IMG/VR virus record: IMGVR_UViG_3300046168_000026
Location: 64,001 to 128,000 of that record
Length of the DNA stretch: 64,000 nt
Reading direction: 5' to 3' (one strand)
Source of the DNA: a virus
Shown here: positions 8,433 to 17,922 of the stretch, one piece after another
How positions within the stretch are numbered: the first letter of the stretch is position 1
Layout of the letters: each line of letters opens with the position of its first letter
The notes under the pieces: generated by a model
What the model saw: the letters and a program-made list of their open reading frames with translations, nothing else
Databases searched by the model: none
What the model was told of the DNA's origin: nothing
Position numbers and translations under genes: made by a program

Positions 8433-9613
8433 AGATTTATCAAACTTTTTTCGTAGTATTTTACTTTATTAACCTTTATATTAAATATGTCCAATTCGAA
8501 CTCACCGCATTGAATTCCATTAGAATCGAAGATTTCTGACCACTTTTGTATATAAGAATATGATGTATTTGATAGTCTATTTGCATCAAAACTTATTTCA
8601 ATATCAGCTTCTTTTTGTACATTTATTCTTGTACTTAAATCAAACTTAGTATTTGGTTGTTCCAATTTTATATAACTCTCGATAACATCTTCGTCTATAT
8701 CAATTGTTATTGAATCACACCAAGGTTCTAAAATGTTTAATATTTGAGAATTACCATTTTCTACATTAAATTTAATATCATATTTATGTGGAACTTCTGG
8801 CATCATCATTGCGTCATGTTTTACAAAATGACCCCATTTTCTAATAAAATTCCTTGTTGACCTCATATTTTGTTTCAACCATTCATCTGATTCTTTACCA
8901 ACTTCAGTTAATGTTGGGTTAAATCTCGAACCTCTACAAGTCATATGATATACACACCCATCCCAAGTTTGAATCAAATCATATCCATTCAAGAGAAATC
9001 TGTTGAATATGTCTGAATCTTCTTTGGATTGGGGTGCGTATAATGGGTCATGTCCACCAATTGAGGTGAAGTCTTCTTTGAATAAAAACCAAGGTGCAAA
9101 TATACCTTTAGTAGTTTTTCCATGTTTATATCTTTCATCACCTGTATTAAACCATTCTAAGAATCCATCTTCATCAAAGTCCTCAGGTTCAGTTTTCCAA
9201 TCCTTGAGTACTTTTTCAGGCCCATCTGGGTGAAGTGGTGGTTCAATTCGTGTCAATGAAACAACACTCAATGGTTTAATATGTTCTAATACAGATTCTA
9301 ATGCGCCAGGACAGAGATACATATCTGCGTGGTATATTCCTACAATCGGAGTATCTGCTATCTCTACTAACTCATCATATAGGATTGTATGTCCTACTCT
9401 TGTTGGTCCTTCGTTTCTAATTGCCTTGAAGTTTGGGTCGTGTACCATCATATCCTCACACCATTCCCAAGTCCCATCGGAACTGAAATCATCTGCTACA
9501 CATATTGTTGGTTCAGGACCTGCATTCTTTCTAATTGATTCGTAAGACCACTTGAGATACTTTAAATTATCTCTTGATGGTTGAATAAAACTAATATCTT
9601 TTTTACTTAACAT
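8429..9613 (-). CDS. glycosyltransferase family 2
   Basis: ADDFSSDGT, HADMY, GGHDPLYAPQSKEDSD. Confidence 0.88.
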   Translation of the reverse strand: MLSKKDISFIQPSRDNLKYLKWSYESIRKNAGPEPTICVADDFSSDGTWEWCEDMMVHDPNFKAIRNEGPTRVGHTILYDELVEIADTPIVGIYHADMYLCPGALESVLEHIKPLSVVSLTRIEPPLHPDGPEKVLKDWKTEPEDFDEDGFLEWFNTGDERYKHGKTTKGIFAPWFLFKEDFTSIGGHDPLYAPQSKEDSDIFNRFLLNGYDLIQTWDGCVYHMTCRGSRFNPTLTEVGKESDEWLKQNMRSTRNFIRKWGHFVKHDAMMMPEVPHKYDIKFNVENGNSQILNILEPWCDSITIDIDEDVIESYIKLEQPNTKFDLSTRINVQKEADIEISFDANRLSNTSYSYIQKWSEIFDSNGIQCGEFELDIFNIKVNKVKYYEKSLINL

Positions 9614-10466
9614 AACTTTTTACCTTTTTAATTAAATCATCGTATGATTCTACATGATATATTTTTTGACCTGATAGTTTAGGGAAGAATGTTTCATATG
9701 CTTTATGTTTTACTTCATACCCCTTTACTCCATATATAATATTTTCACCACCGAAATATGCAGCCAATGCTGAATTACCACCTTGTGTTGATATTTGATG
9801 TTCGGTTAGACTTAAAACTGCCATCTGTGCTTCATTATATGATAGGTTGTATTCATTTGCTATATCTTGTACTGTTTGTACATTATATTTACTTATCAGT
9901 TCTTTATCACCAAAATCAAGTGGTGGGCTACCATCTTGTGTAATATCATCTACATCAGGTCTGTTATAGATTATATGAAACTTATCAGAACATAATTCAA
10001 ATATTGTTTTTAATGAGTCTAAATTAATATAATTTACAGGGTCAGAGTCCCACTCCGTTTGATACTTATTTGATATTACTAATAAAGGTTTATCAAAATT
10101 TAATCCCATCCAATTGTAAACTCCCTTGTAGTGACCATTCAAATCAGGCGGTGACCACCTGTCTTCCCAAACATTACAATCTCCTGCATCTTTTGCATCA
10201 GGCCAAAGTTCGTTTATCTTTTTACCAAAGAATCCTGCAACATGATTGTGTTGTCTATAATATTGTACATCGTTTATTTTCAGTTGCATATACTGAATTC
10301 TATTTGGATAGACTTCTGTCACATCTAAATTTGGATATAAGATATGACCACCCTTTGAAGTTCTTACTTTTACATCAACCCCTTGTTCTTTTGCATAATT
10401 TATTAAAGGTAGTGCTGCAAATAGTTCGTAACCAAACTCACCATGTATATCAAAGGTTGTTGTCAT
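9603..10466 (-). CDS. putative GT-B-like glycosyltransferase
   Basis: GEFGYEL N-terminal motif, ISTQGG; lies within the glycan island. Confidence 0.5.
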   Translation of the reverse strand: MTTTFDIHGEFGYELFAALPLINYAKEQGVDVKVRTSKGGHILYPNLDVTEVYPNRIQYMQLKINDVQYYRQHNHVAGFFGKKINELWPDAKDAGDCNVWEDRWSPPDLNGHYKGVYNWMGLNFDKPLLVISNKYQTEWDSDPVNYINLDSLKTIFELCSDKFHIIYNRPDVDDITQDGSPPLDFGDKELISKYNVQTVQDIANEYNLSYNEAQMAVLSLTEHQISTQGGNSALAAYFGGENIIYGVKGYEVKHKAYETFFPKLSGQKIYHVESYDDLIKKVKSYVK

Positions 10467-11353
10467 TAAAAATCAAATTTCAATTGTCTACTACTAAACA
10501 AAGATTTAATATACTCTTCTAATCTATCTTGAGGTTCCCAGTCAAGAAACTCGATTGCCTCATCTGATTCTCTTAGAGTTTCTTTGTAATTACCTTGTTG
10601 GTTTGGAATGTACTTTCTTTTACACCCACTATATTTTTCGAACATATCTGCCACTTGGTTAATTGAATAGTTTGTACCTGTTCCAAGTTCCCAAGCGTCA
10701 AATGTTGGTTTAGTATCATGAGCATTTAACTTTAGTAATGCGTCTACTATATCGTGTACATGGGTAAAGTCTCTTTTTTGTTCACCATCACCGACAATTG
10801 TAATTGGTTGGTTATCTCTGATTTGTCTTCTCCAGATACCAATTACTGCTGCCCAATCACCATCAATAACTTCATGTGGTCCATATACATTATAGAACCT
10901 ACAAATCTCTATACTCATTCCGTAAGTCTTTTTGTATAACTTACATAATTCCTCACCAAGATATTTACAAGCCGCATATGGTGATTGATATGGGTCGTGG
11001 TGTTTAGAAGATGAACCTGCGTAAATAACTTTAATACCTTTTTTTCTTGCAAAGTCTAAAACCCTCTGAGTTCCTAAAGTGTTAACATCAAATGTTTCTG
11101 ATGGATTTTCAAATGAAGGTTGTATTCTTGACAATCCTGCCAAGTGATATATCAAGTCTATGTCCTCAGTAAATGAAAACCAACTACTAATCCACTTAAC
11201 ATCATCTTCATAATATGTTGCACCCTTTACATGATTACTTTTTGTACCTGTTGAGTAATCATCAAGTACAACTACTTCATGTCCATTTGTAACTAATCTT
11301 TTAACTAAATTTGTGCCAACAAAACCGGCACCTCCTGTAACTAATATTTTCAT
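10466..11353 (-). CDS. NAD-dependent nucleotide-sugar epimerase/dehydratase
   Basis: GGAGFVG, YAACK (YxxxK), RFYNVYGP, RDFTHV. Confidence 0.92.
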   Translation of the reverse strand: MKILVTGGAGFVGTNLVKRLVTNGHEVVVLDDYSTGTKSNHVKGATYYEDDVKWISSWFSFTEDIDLIYHLAGLSRIQPSFENPSETFDVNTLGTQRVLDFARKKGIKVIYAGSSSKHHDPYQSPYAACKYLGEELCKLYKKTYGMSIEICRFYNVYGPHEVIDGDWAAVIGIWRRQIRDNQPITIVGDGEQKRDFTHVHDIVDALLKLNAHDTKPTFDAWELGTGTNYSINQVADMFEKYSGCKRKYIPNQQGNYKETLRESDEAIEFLDWEPQDRLEEYIKSLFSSRQLKFDF

Positions 11354-12270
11354 AATAATGGTATTCTATTTGGATTATCTGTTCCTTTTATTTGTTTTAC
11401 AAAAGTTTGGTCATCGTGTTCAGGCAATCTGCCCCATTTTTTAATAAACTTTTGTGCATTTGTTGATTCTGATTCTTGTTGTCTTTTAGATTTAGAATTC
11501 AGTTTATCCTTTGCTTCATCTCTGAAATGAGAACCTCTTGCTGAAAAGTGGTATACAATTGACTTGGATGACATAATAAATTTATATCCTTCTAATTGCA
11601 TTCTAATAAACAAATCCATATCGTCAAATGAAGCGGGTGCGAATAGTGGGTCGTTACCACCAATCCAAACATAATCGTCTTTTTTACAGAAGAATCCGGC
11701 ACCACCACCTTTTCTTACACGCGTTTCATCCATTGCGGAAAGTTTTTGAGACCATTCATCAAACCAATCTTTATCGAAGTTGTGATGGAACTCCCCAAAC
11801 TCATCAGTTGATACAAATACAGTACCAGGTCGGTAATCAGGGTCATTAGGAAATATTTTAGGTTGAATTCTAAATGATGAAGCGATTATTCTTTTACCTT
11901 GAATAGTCCACTCTGCATTCTCTTCTACAATTTTTTGTAATTCTATATCTTGATTTGGAGCAATCCACATATCTGAGTGAATTATATTTACATACTCTGT
12001 TTGTGCTTTGTCAACACAAAAATCCATACCACCACCGATTCCTCTTGGTGTATCATTATGTTCTACAAACCCTTTTAGATTCTTGTCTGTTTGCATTTGA
12101 TTCATTAACCACTCATCTGTACCATCAGTACAATTCTCTGCGTGAATCACAATCGGTTGGTCTTTGTAATATGCATTCTTTCTTACAGACTCGTAAGCAA
12201 GTTTTACATAGTCAAGATTATTATTTGTTGAAATACAAGTTGTTATTGGACTTTCCATACATCTTCCCAT
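11350..12270 (-). CDS. glycosyltransferase family 2
   Basis: ENCTDGT, HSDMW, GGNDPLFAPASFDDMD; paralogue of 8429..9613. Confidence 0.88.
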   Translation of the reverse strand: MGRCMESPITTCISTNNNLDYVKLAYESVRKNAYYKDQPIVIHAENCTDGTDEWLMNQMQTDKNLKGFVEHNDTPRGIGGGMDFCVDKAQTEYVNIIHSDMWIAPNQDIELQKIVEENAEWTIQGKRIIASSFRIQPKIFPNDPDYRPGTVFVSTDEFGEFHHNFDKDWFDEWSQKLSAMDETRVRKGGGAGFFCKKDDYVWIGGNDPLFAPASFDDMDLFIRMQLEGYKFIMSSKSIVYHFSARGSHFRDEAKDKLNSKSKRQQESESTNAQKFIKKWGRLPEHDDQTFVKQIKGTDNPNRIPLL

Positions 12271-13217
12271 TTATATGTTTTTGTTTGTTTCATAAAGTTG
12301 TAAGCATTATATTTAGAATACTCACTTGCTTTAGGATACCAATCATTTGACTTTCTTTGTTCGTTTATATCTTTACCATCCTCACTAACAACATATTTTC
12401 TTTTTCTTGGATGTTCTCTGTTATGTACTAATAAAATATTCTTTACAATATACAAAGGAATTTGGTTATTTCCAAATATTGTTAACATTTTATTCATAAA
12501 AGCAGTATCTTCGTGGGTAAAGAATACTGATTTTGGTATGTTTACTCCACTTTTTATTATCTCTGATGACATTACCAACCCACAACCATTAAATTTATAG
12601 TTGTATGTAGATTCTATATGTGGTGATTCAACATCTGAGTTTATCTCTTCCATTTTATCATAATCCATATAACACCTCGTCCCATACCATGCGTGTGGGT
12701 CTCTTGGTAAATCAGTTAGTTTTGGGTGTTCTAATGGTTTCCACGAATCATCCCACATTTTACAAGTTGAAAAGAACCCAACCCACTTTGGTGTTTGTTC
12801 TTTAACTGCCTCGTGTAATGATAATATCGTTTCCATCGCCTGTGATGGAACTAACATATCGGATTCACCCCAAAACAGGATGTCTGCAAGTTCACAATAC
12901 TTTTCGTTAAAATCTCTTCTGTAATCTGCGATTGTATATAAATCATCTCTGACTTCGTATTTGATTTGATAACCTTGTAGTTTATATTGATTACAAACTC
13001 TAACATACTTTTCCATAATGTATGTTAACATATCAACCTCATCAGAAACTTTTTCTAAGTCTTGATTTGTGACTAAACACATATCAATCAAAACTTTTTC
13101 TTTTGTTACTATTGATTTAGTTAAGGAATCTAAATACTCCTCAAACATATCAACTTCGTACCATTGTACTAAACAACCTGCCGCTACCATAATGTATCTC
13201 TTGGAATCCCTTCCCAA
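12243..13217 (-). CDS. putative GT-A glycosyltransferase (start likely 13190)
   Basis: WGESDM and HEDTAF motifs; island context. Confidence 0.6.
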   Translation of the reverse strand: MGRDSKRYIMVAAGCLVQWYEVDMFEEYLDSLTKSIVTKEKVLIDMCLVTNQDLEKVSDEVDMLTYIMEKYVRVCNQYKLQGYQIKYEVRDDLYTIADYRRDFNEKYCELADILFWGESDMLVPSQAMETILSLHEAVKEQTPKWVGFFSTCKMWDDSWKPLEHPKLTDLPRDPHAWYGTRCYMDYDKMEEINSDVESPHIESTYNYKFNGCGLVMSSEIIKSGVNIPKSVFFTHEDTAFMNKMLTIFGNNQIPLYIVKNILLVHNREHPRKRKYVVSEDGKDINEQRKSNDWYPKASEYSKYNAYNFMKQTKTYKWEDVWKVQ

Positions 13218-14059
13218 CCAGGATTAGTTTCTGAATCGATTACCCACGAAACATTTTGTTTCTGTAACCATTGGTAGATACCTTTAGTTGCGTTTGCTAC
13301 TGACTTGATTTCTCTTGGCCCCATTGATGTTTTTGCATAAACAATCTTTTCGTGTTCATTACCATAGAAGTGTTCTTGGAATACTCTTTGTGTATCGTCT
13401 TCTGTTCCATTTTCAAATGATGATAAATCACCAATGTCCCATCCAACCGTAACAATTTTTCTACACCCCAAGTACAATGCCAATGGAATTGCCATCTCAT
13501 ACATAATACCAGGCCCCCAAGGTTGTTGAAATCCTATTTCGGGGTGGTCTAACTTCATAGTATCCCAATCTTCTTTTTCTGATAGAGAGTGAATCATTTT
13601 GTTAGGTCCAACTCCACCACCTGTATTTGGGTTGTTTCTAAATATAGGAATGAATAGGTCTGATTCTAAATTATTATCAAAAATCATTTGAGGATGAAAT
13701 TGTTCAAATATTGCCCATGTTATGATTGATTTATTATCTGACCAATCGTATGGTGCGAAGTTACAAAAGTTTAGTAAGTGAAAGTCAGTAACATCTTTTA
13801 CTAAATTATATGATTGTTTGATTGGCATACATAATTTATCTGCCATAAACTCATTAAGGAATTCTTTATCATACTTTTTAAGTGAAGGACCACCTGCGAT
13901 TATATATGCAGTCTCATCTTTGTACTGATTTTTTAATACCTTTAACCTATCTTCAGGTTCTTCTAATTTTAGAAGTTCTTCTCGTAACTTACTTGTCTGT
14001 AATTTCATCGAATTGTTTAAGTGTTTGTTCCCACGATTCAAACCTAATACCTCTGTCAT
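13184..14059 (-). CDS. Maf/DUF115 (MptE-like) putative glycosyltransferase (start likely 14008)
   Basis: AYIIAGGPSL, ALYLGCRKIVTVGWD, EHFY. Confidence 0.7.
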   Translation of the reverse strand: MTEVLGLNRGNKHLNNSMKLQTSKLREELLKLEEPEDRLKVLKNQYKDETAYIIAGGPSLKKYDKEFLNEFMADKLCMPIKQSYNLVKDVTDFHLLNFCNFAPYDWSDNKSIITWAIFEQFHPQMIFDNNLESDLFIPIFRNNPNTGGGVGPNKMIHSLSEKEDWDTMKLDHPEIGFQQPWGPGIMYEMAIPLALYLGCRKIVTVGWDIGDLSSFENGTEDDTQRVFQEHFYGNEHEKIVYAKTSMGPREIKSVANATKGIYQWLQKQNVSWVIDSETNPGWEGIPRDTLW

Positions 14060-14462
14060 CTATGTAACAGACTGCTCTTGGTTTTTCACAAGTTATTTCT
14101 TTTATATAAGTATCAATCTTATATTTGGCTAACCACTCCCATATTAGTTCTTCACCTGTCTTACCATTTACAAGTGGTCTATCAGGTTTTACTTTAGCGG
14201 TAAATAAAACTATATCATAACCCTTTTCATCGAACCATTTGATTGCGTCTATTGAACCCTCAATCGGTGGGTCATATACAGTTCCATCATGAAACCCTTT
14301 TGAATTACCATGGACAACACCATCAAAGTCTATTGCAACTTGATGATTGTTTTCATGCCATTGTAGTGCATCGTAGTCTTCTATTTCTTTTTTAAGGGTG
14401 TCTTCTGTTTTCATAATTACTGAATACTGGTGTTGATTTATTTCTACTTGAATATGCCCCAT
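13989..14462 (-). CDS. HAD-family phosphatase (start likely 14414)
   Basis: AIDFDGV, LFTA, KP..CYIDDR. Confidence 0.8.
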   Translation of the reverse strand: MGHIQVEINQHQYSVIMKTEDTLKKEIEDYDALQWHENNHQVAIDFDGVVHGNSKGFHDGTVYDPPIEGSIDAIKWFDEKGYDIVLFTAKVKPDRPLVNGKTGEELIWEWLAKYKIDTYIKEITCEKPRAVCYIDDRGIRFESWEQTLKQFDEITDK

Positions 14463-15129
14463 AAATAAACTTTCTAAACTCTTTAGTCTCGTGTTGTTTA
14501 CTTACAGAGTGTAATGAGTTTGGTGACGATAAAAAGAATACTGCTCTATTTGCTTTTGCTGGTATAACTGAGTGAATAAGTACTGGCTCTTTTTTGTATA
14601 AGTTAGGTGCACCACCCCTTGGTTGTTGATAAGTTTCTACTCCATCACTTGAATGTATTACAAAGTCACCACCACTCCAATCCTTATCATTAAAGAATAT
14701 TAAGAAGTTCAAAAATCTCTTCTGAGAATCTGCGTGTACTTCTCTAATATAACCATCACCTGCCTCTGACCAATCTATATGAGTAAACATTTTTTGATTT
14801 GATATTAACTCATCTGTTAAAGTACATCCCCAATGTTCCATAGAAGCTTGGAATTTCTGTTTAAAGTAGTTTAACATTTCATCTGAATCTATGTAATTGT
14901 GAAACTCATTCCATGTTGTTGTAGATTCTAACCACTTCCAAGTATCTGGTTGACTTGCACTATTTGCGATTTGTCTACGACCACCCATAACAGTATTTGC
15001 CTTTTCTTCTATGAGTTTACCTGGCCATTCCTTAACCAAATTATTAAAGATGTCTTGTTCAAAACAATCATCAATGACTATATAGTCATATGGATAATTG
15101 TATACTCTTGCATTATTAAAGTTAATCAT
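14392..15129 (-). CDS. 2OG-Fe(II) oxygenase
   Basis: YIREVHADS (HxD), NSLHSV, RKFIYG. Confidence 0.75.
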   Translation of the reverse strand: MINFNNARVYNYPYDYIVIDDCFEQDIFNNLVKEWPGKLIEEKANTVMGGRRQIANSASQPDTWKWLESTTTWNEFHNYIDSDEMLNYFKQKFQASMEHWGCTLTDELISNQKMFTHIDWSEAGDGYIREVHADSQKRFLNFLIFFNDKDWSGGDFVIHSSDGVETYQQPRGGAPNLYKKEPVLIHSVIPAKANRAVFFLSSPNSLHSVSKQHETKEFRKFIYGAYSSRNKSTPVFSNYENRRHP

Positions 15130-15514
15130 ATTTCTCGTATATTTTCTCTTCGAAAAATTCTGAGTTTAACAAGTGATTAATTTCTTTCTTTTCTGCTGCC
15201 CTTCTATCATTAGTATAATATACTGCTCTTGCCAACTCAATAAACTCTTCATCAAATTTATTGTCTCGTTCTTTTAGTCTAACTGAGTCTTCGATGACCC
15301 ACATTTCACCATTAGTTTTTAATAACCTTTGGTAAACTTCTTTAAGTTCATCACCACCTGCTTCCCAAAATGGTTTCAACTTATCTTGTAAATAATTTAG
15401 TTCATTTGTAATATTAGTTTTTTGAACTGAATCATTAACATTTTTTAATTTTATTTCAAGGATTGATAACTTATCAAATGCGTCACCAATCGGTGTTTTA
15501 ATCTCTATTGCCAT
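15122..15514 (-). CDS. DUF6165-like helical protein
   Basis: GDAFDKLSILEIK...LARAVYYTNDRRAAEKKEIN; family often found in glycan loci. Confidence 0.7.
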   Translation of the reverse strand: MAIEIKTPIGDAFDKLSILEIKLKNVNDSVQKTNITNELNYLQDKLKPFWEAGGDELKEVYQRLLKTNGEMWVIEDSVRLKERDNKFDEEFIELARAVYYTNDRRAAEKKEINHLLNSEFFEEKIYEKYD

Positions 15515-16460
15515 AGTTCTTTATTTTTTTAGCACCTTCTTCTATTAACATTTTTTTAATACCATCTTCTAAATATACAAAATTTTTATGAGATACACAA
15601 CTTTTTAGTTTAGAAAGTGATGGTCGTCTCCATTTAGTATCGTTACCCCATGCTTCCTTGTATTTCTTTTTATATTTTTTACCCATGATTCTGTGAATAG
15701 TTTTAGCTAAATCTTTGATTCTAACTTCTTCATCAAATCCAATGTTTATGATTTCGTTATCAACTTTTTCAATAATCTGAGATGCCATTTCTGCGTGGTC
15801 TGTTACATAACAAAAAGACCTTGTTTGATTACCATCACCATGTAGATAAAACTCTTCGCCTGATTGTACTCTTTCTATAAATTCAGGTATTACTTGACCA
15901 TACCCATTTGTTGCCATTCTCGGGCCGTAAGTATTAAATGGTCTAAGAATCACAAAACTCTTTCTTTTCTCATTTGCCCACAACCTTGTCAAGAACTCAC
16001 CCATACCTTTTGAGGATGCGTATGAATCTCTATCTGCCAATGGATGTAGAATCATTGCGTCATCTTCTTTTGTTGGTATCGATGGAGTTGGTCCATAAAT
16101 TTCAGATGATGATGCGTATACTACTTTTGTTACTGAAGGTGTACATGCGTTCAATACATTCTGAGTCATTAAGATATTATTGTTACATACTTTAAATGGT
16201 ATATCATAAAAATACCTTGTACCATTTATTGCAGCGTAGTGAACAACTATTTCAAATTGTTGTTCTTCCATAAACTTTTTAATTGGTTCTTGGTAAACCA
16301 AATCCATCTCATAAAATTTAAAGTTTTCATGACTTGGTAAGTTATCTATTTTGCCTCTAAAAAAGTTGTCTACTCCAACAACCTCGTGACCTTTATCTAA
16401 TAAACTATCACAAAGATGTGAACCTAAAAATCCTGCTGCACCTGTAACTAATATCTTCAT
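15498..16460 (-). CDS. NAD-dependent epimerase / UDP-glucuronate decarboxylase-like
   Basis: GAAGFLGSH, ASSSEIYG, YASSK, FNTYGPRM, QTRSFCYV; next to Ugd. Confidence 0.85.
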   Translation of the reverse strand: MKILVTGAAGFLGSHLCDSLLDKGHEVVGVDNFFRGKIDNLPSHENFKFYEMDLVYQEPIKKFMEEQQFEIVVHYAAINGTRYFYDIPFKVCNNNILMTQNVLNACTPSVTKVVYASSSEIYGPTPSIPTKEDDAMILHPLADRDSYASSKGMGEFLTRLWANEKRKSFVILRPFNTYGPRMATNGYGQVIPEFIERVQSGEEFYLHGDGNQTRSFCYVTDHAEMASQIIEKVDNEIINIGFDEEVRIKDLAKTIHRIMGKKYKKKYKEAWGNDTKWRRPSLSKLKSCVSHKNFVYLEDGIKKMLIEEGAKKIKNYGNRD

Positions 16461-17281
16461 TATATTTCGTATCTCATTCCTTTAGGAACTTTTTTAACAA
16501 ATTTGTCGTTTTCTTCGTCAATGAATCTGAATATGTCTACATCAATATCGTATTTTTTACATAGAACTTTCATTGCCTTTGTGTCTTTAGGTAAACACAT
16601 ACCACCATAACCACCAAACTCTTTATTTACATTTAGATAGTGACCTTCACCAACTCCATGGAATAAAAATGCGTCTTTGATTGCATCATAGTTTGCACCA
16701 AAATGTTGTGCTACTTTATGGAATGAGTTTGCAAATGTGATTCTCATCGCTTTGTAAGTGTTTGAGAAGTACTTCATAAGTTCGGCATCAATGATTTTGA
16801 CTTTTACTTTGTGAAATGGTAGTGAACCATGACTCTTTACAATCAAATCATAGTTTTCATCACTATCAGTACCAACAACTAAAATGTTATTGTTGTATAC
16901 AAAGTCTTCGTATGCACATCTTTCTCTTAAGAATTCAGGCACAAAACACATATTAAGATTTGGATATTCTTTTCTTAATCTATTTGTTGTACCAGGTTCA
17001 ATTGTACTTTTCAATGCTACAAGACCTTTATACTCCAAGTCATTTAATTGTTTTATTACACTATTAACTGCCGTTAAATCACATTCATCATTTGCACCTG
17101 TTGGAGTACCAACGGTAATAAAGTTGATTTCTGTATCTAATGTATCTTCTATTGAAGTCTCAGGTATTTTGATATCGTAACCAACCACCTCGTGTCCGAT
17201 GTATTCAAATCCTTTTGATATTGCAGAACCTACTGCTCCGATTCCGATTACTCCTAATTTCATTCCCATATGTAATTCCAT
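16460..17281 (-). CDS. ugd: UDP-glucose/GDP-mannose 6-dehydrogenase (short, lacks C-terminal domain)
   Basis: GIGAVG, KSTIEPGT, PEFLRE, GYGGMCLPKD. Confidence 0.88.
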   Translation of the reverse strand: MELHMGMKLGVIGIGAVGSAISKGFEYIGHEVVGYDIKIPETSIEDTLDTEINFITVGTPTGANDECDLTAVNSVIKQLNDLEYKGLVALKSTIEPGTTNRLRKEYPNLNMCFVPEFLRERCAYEDFVYNNNILVVGTDSDENYDLIVKSHGSLPFHKVKVKIIDAELMKYFSNTYKAMRITFANSFHKVAQHFGANYDAIKDAFLFHGVGEGHYLNVNKEFGGYGGMCLPKDTKAMKVLCKKYDIDVDIFRFIDEENDKFVKKVPKGMRYEI

Positions 17282-17922
17282 TTTTGTTTATGCCACTTAT
17301 TTTCTTTAATGTATTTTATAATATCATGATGTACCATCTTTGTATCAAAATAGTGTGGCTTACAATATAAATGACCAAAGAGTGGAACTCCACTCGTTAC
17401 TGAATCTGCCATATTCATAAAACTTCCTTCATAAACATGGATTTCTTTTGCGTTCTGTAATACTTTTCTGTAATCCAATATATGTCCTGCTCTACCATCA
17501 AGGTTTATCACAGGTAAATTTGGATTCATAAAATGTTTTCTGTTAATACCAATCATTGGACGATTCATATTATCAAGTGGTCTTTCATGTACGATTATGT
17601 AATCTTTACCATGCGTTTGAACCAACTCATTATATAATCTATCCTCTTCATTTACATCATAATCCCAAGTTAAATCTCGCCAACTACTATGTTCAACACC
17701 ATCTTGAAATTTTAATCCTATATGTGGTGCGTGATATTCATGAGGACAAGTGCCTGTTGATAGGTTTGGTGTCTCATTGTATAGTTTTTCAAATAACCAA
17801 TTTAGTCTTGGTACTTGTATGTATACTCTATCGTATTCTTTACAATACTTTTCTTTAATTACTGATGAGAACATTAAGCCATCACCAACTCCACCTGCGT
17901 GTCCTATTGTTATTGCTTCCAT
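17260..17922 (-). CDS. putative GT-B (GT9-like) glycosyltransferase
   Basis: GGVGDGL start motif, IHVYEGSF. Confidence 0.5.
   Translation of the reverse strand: MEAITIGHAGGVGDGLMFSSVIKEKYCKEYDRVYIQVPRLNWLFEKLYNETPNLSTGTCPHEYHAPHIGLKFQDGVEHSSWRDLTWDYDVNEEDRLYNELVQTHGKDYIIVHERPLDNMNRPMIGINRKHFMNPNLPVINLDGRAGHILDYRKVLQNAKEIHVYEGSFMNMADSVTSGVPLFGHLYCKPHYFDTKMVHHDIIKYIKENKWHKQKWNYIWE

Noticed and set aside
10466-10490. QLKFDF beta-clamp-like motif at the epimerase C-terminus
   Set aside because: There is no functional rationale for a sugar epimerase, and a single short match is likely chance.
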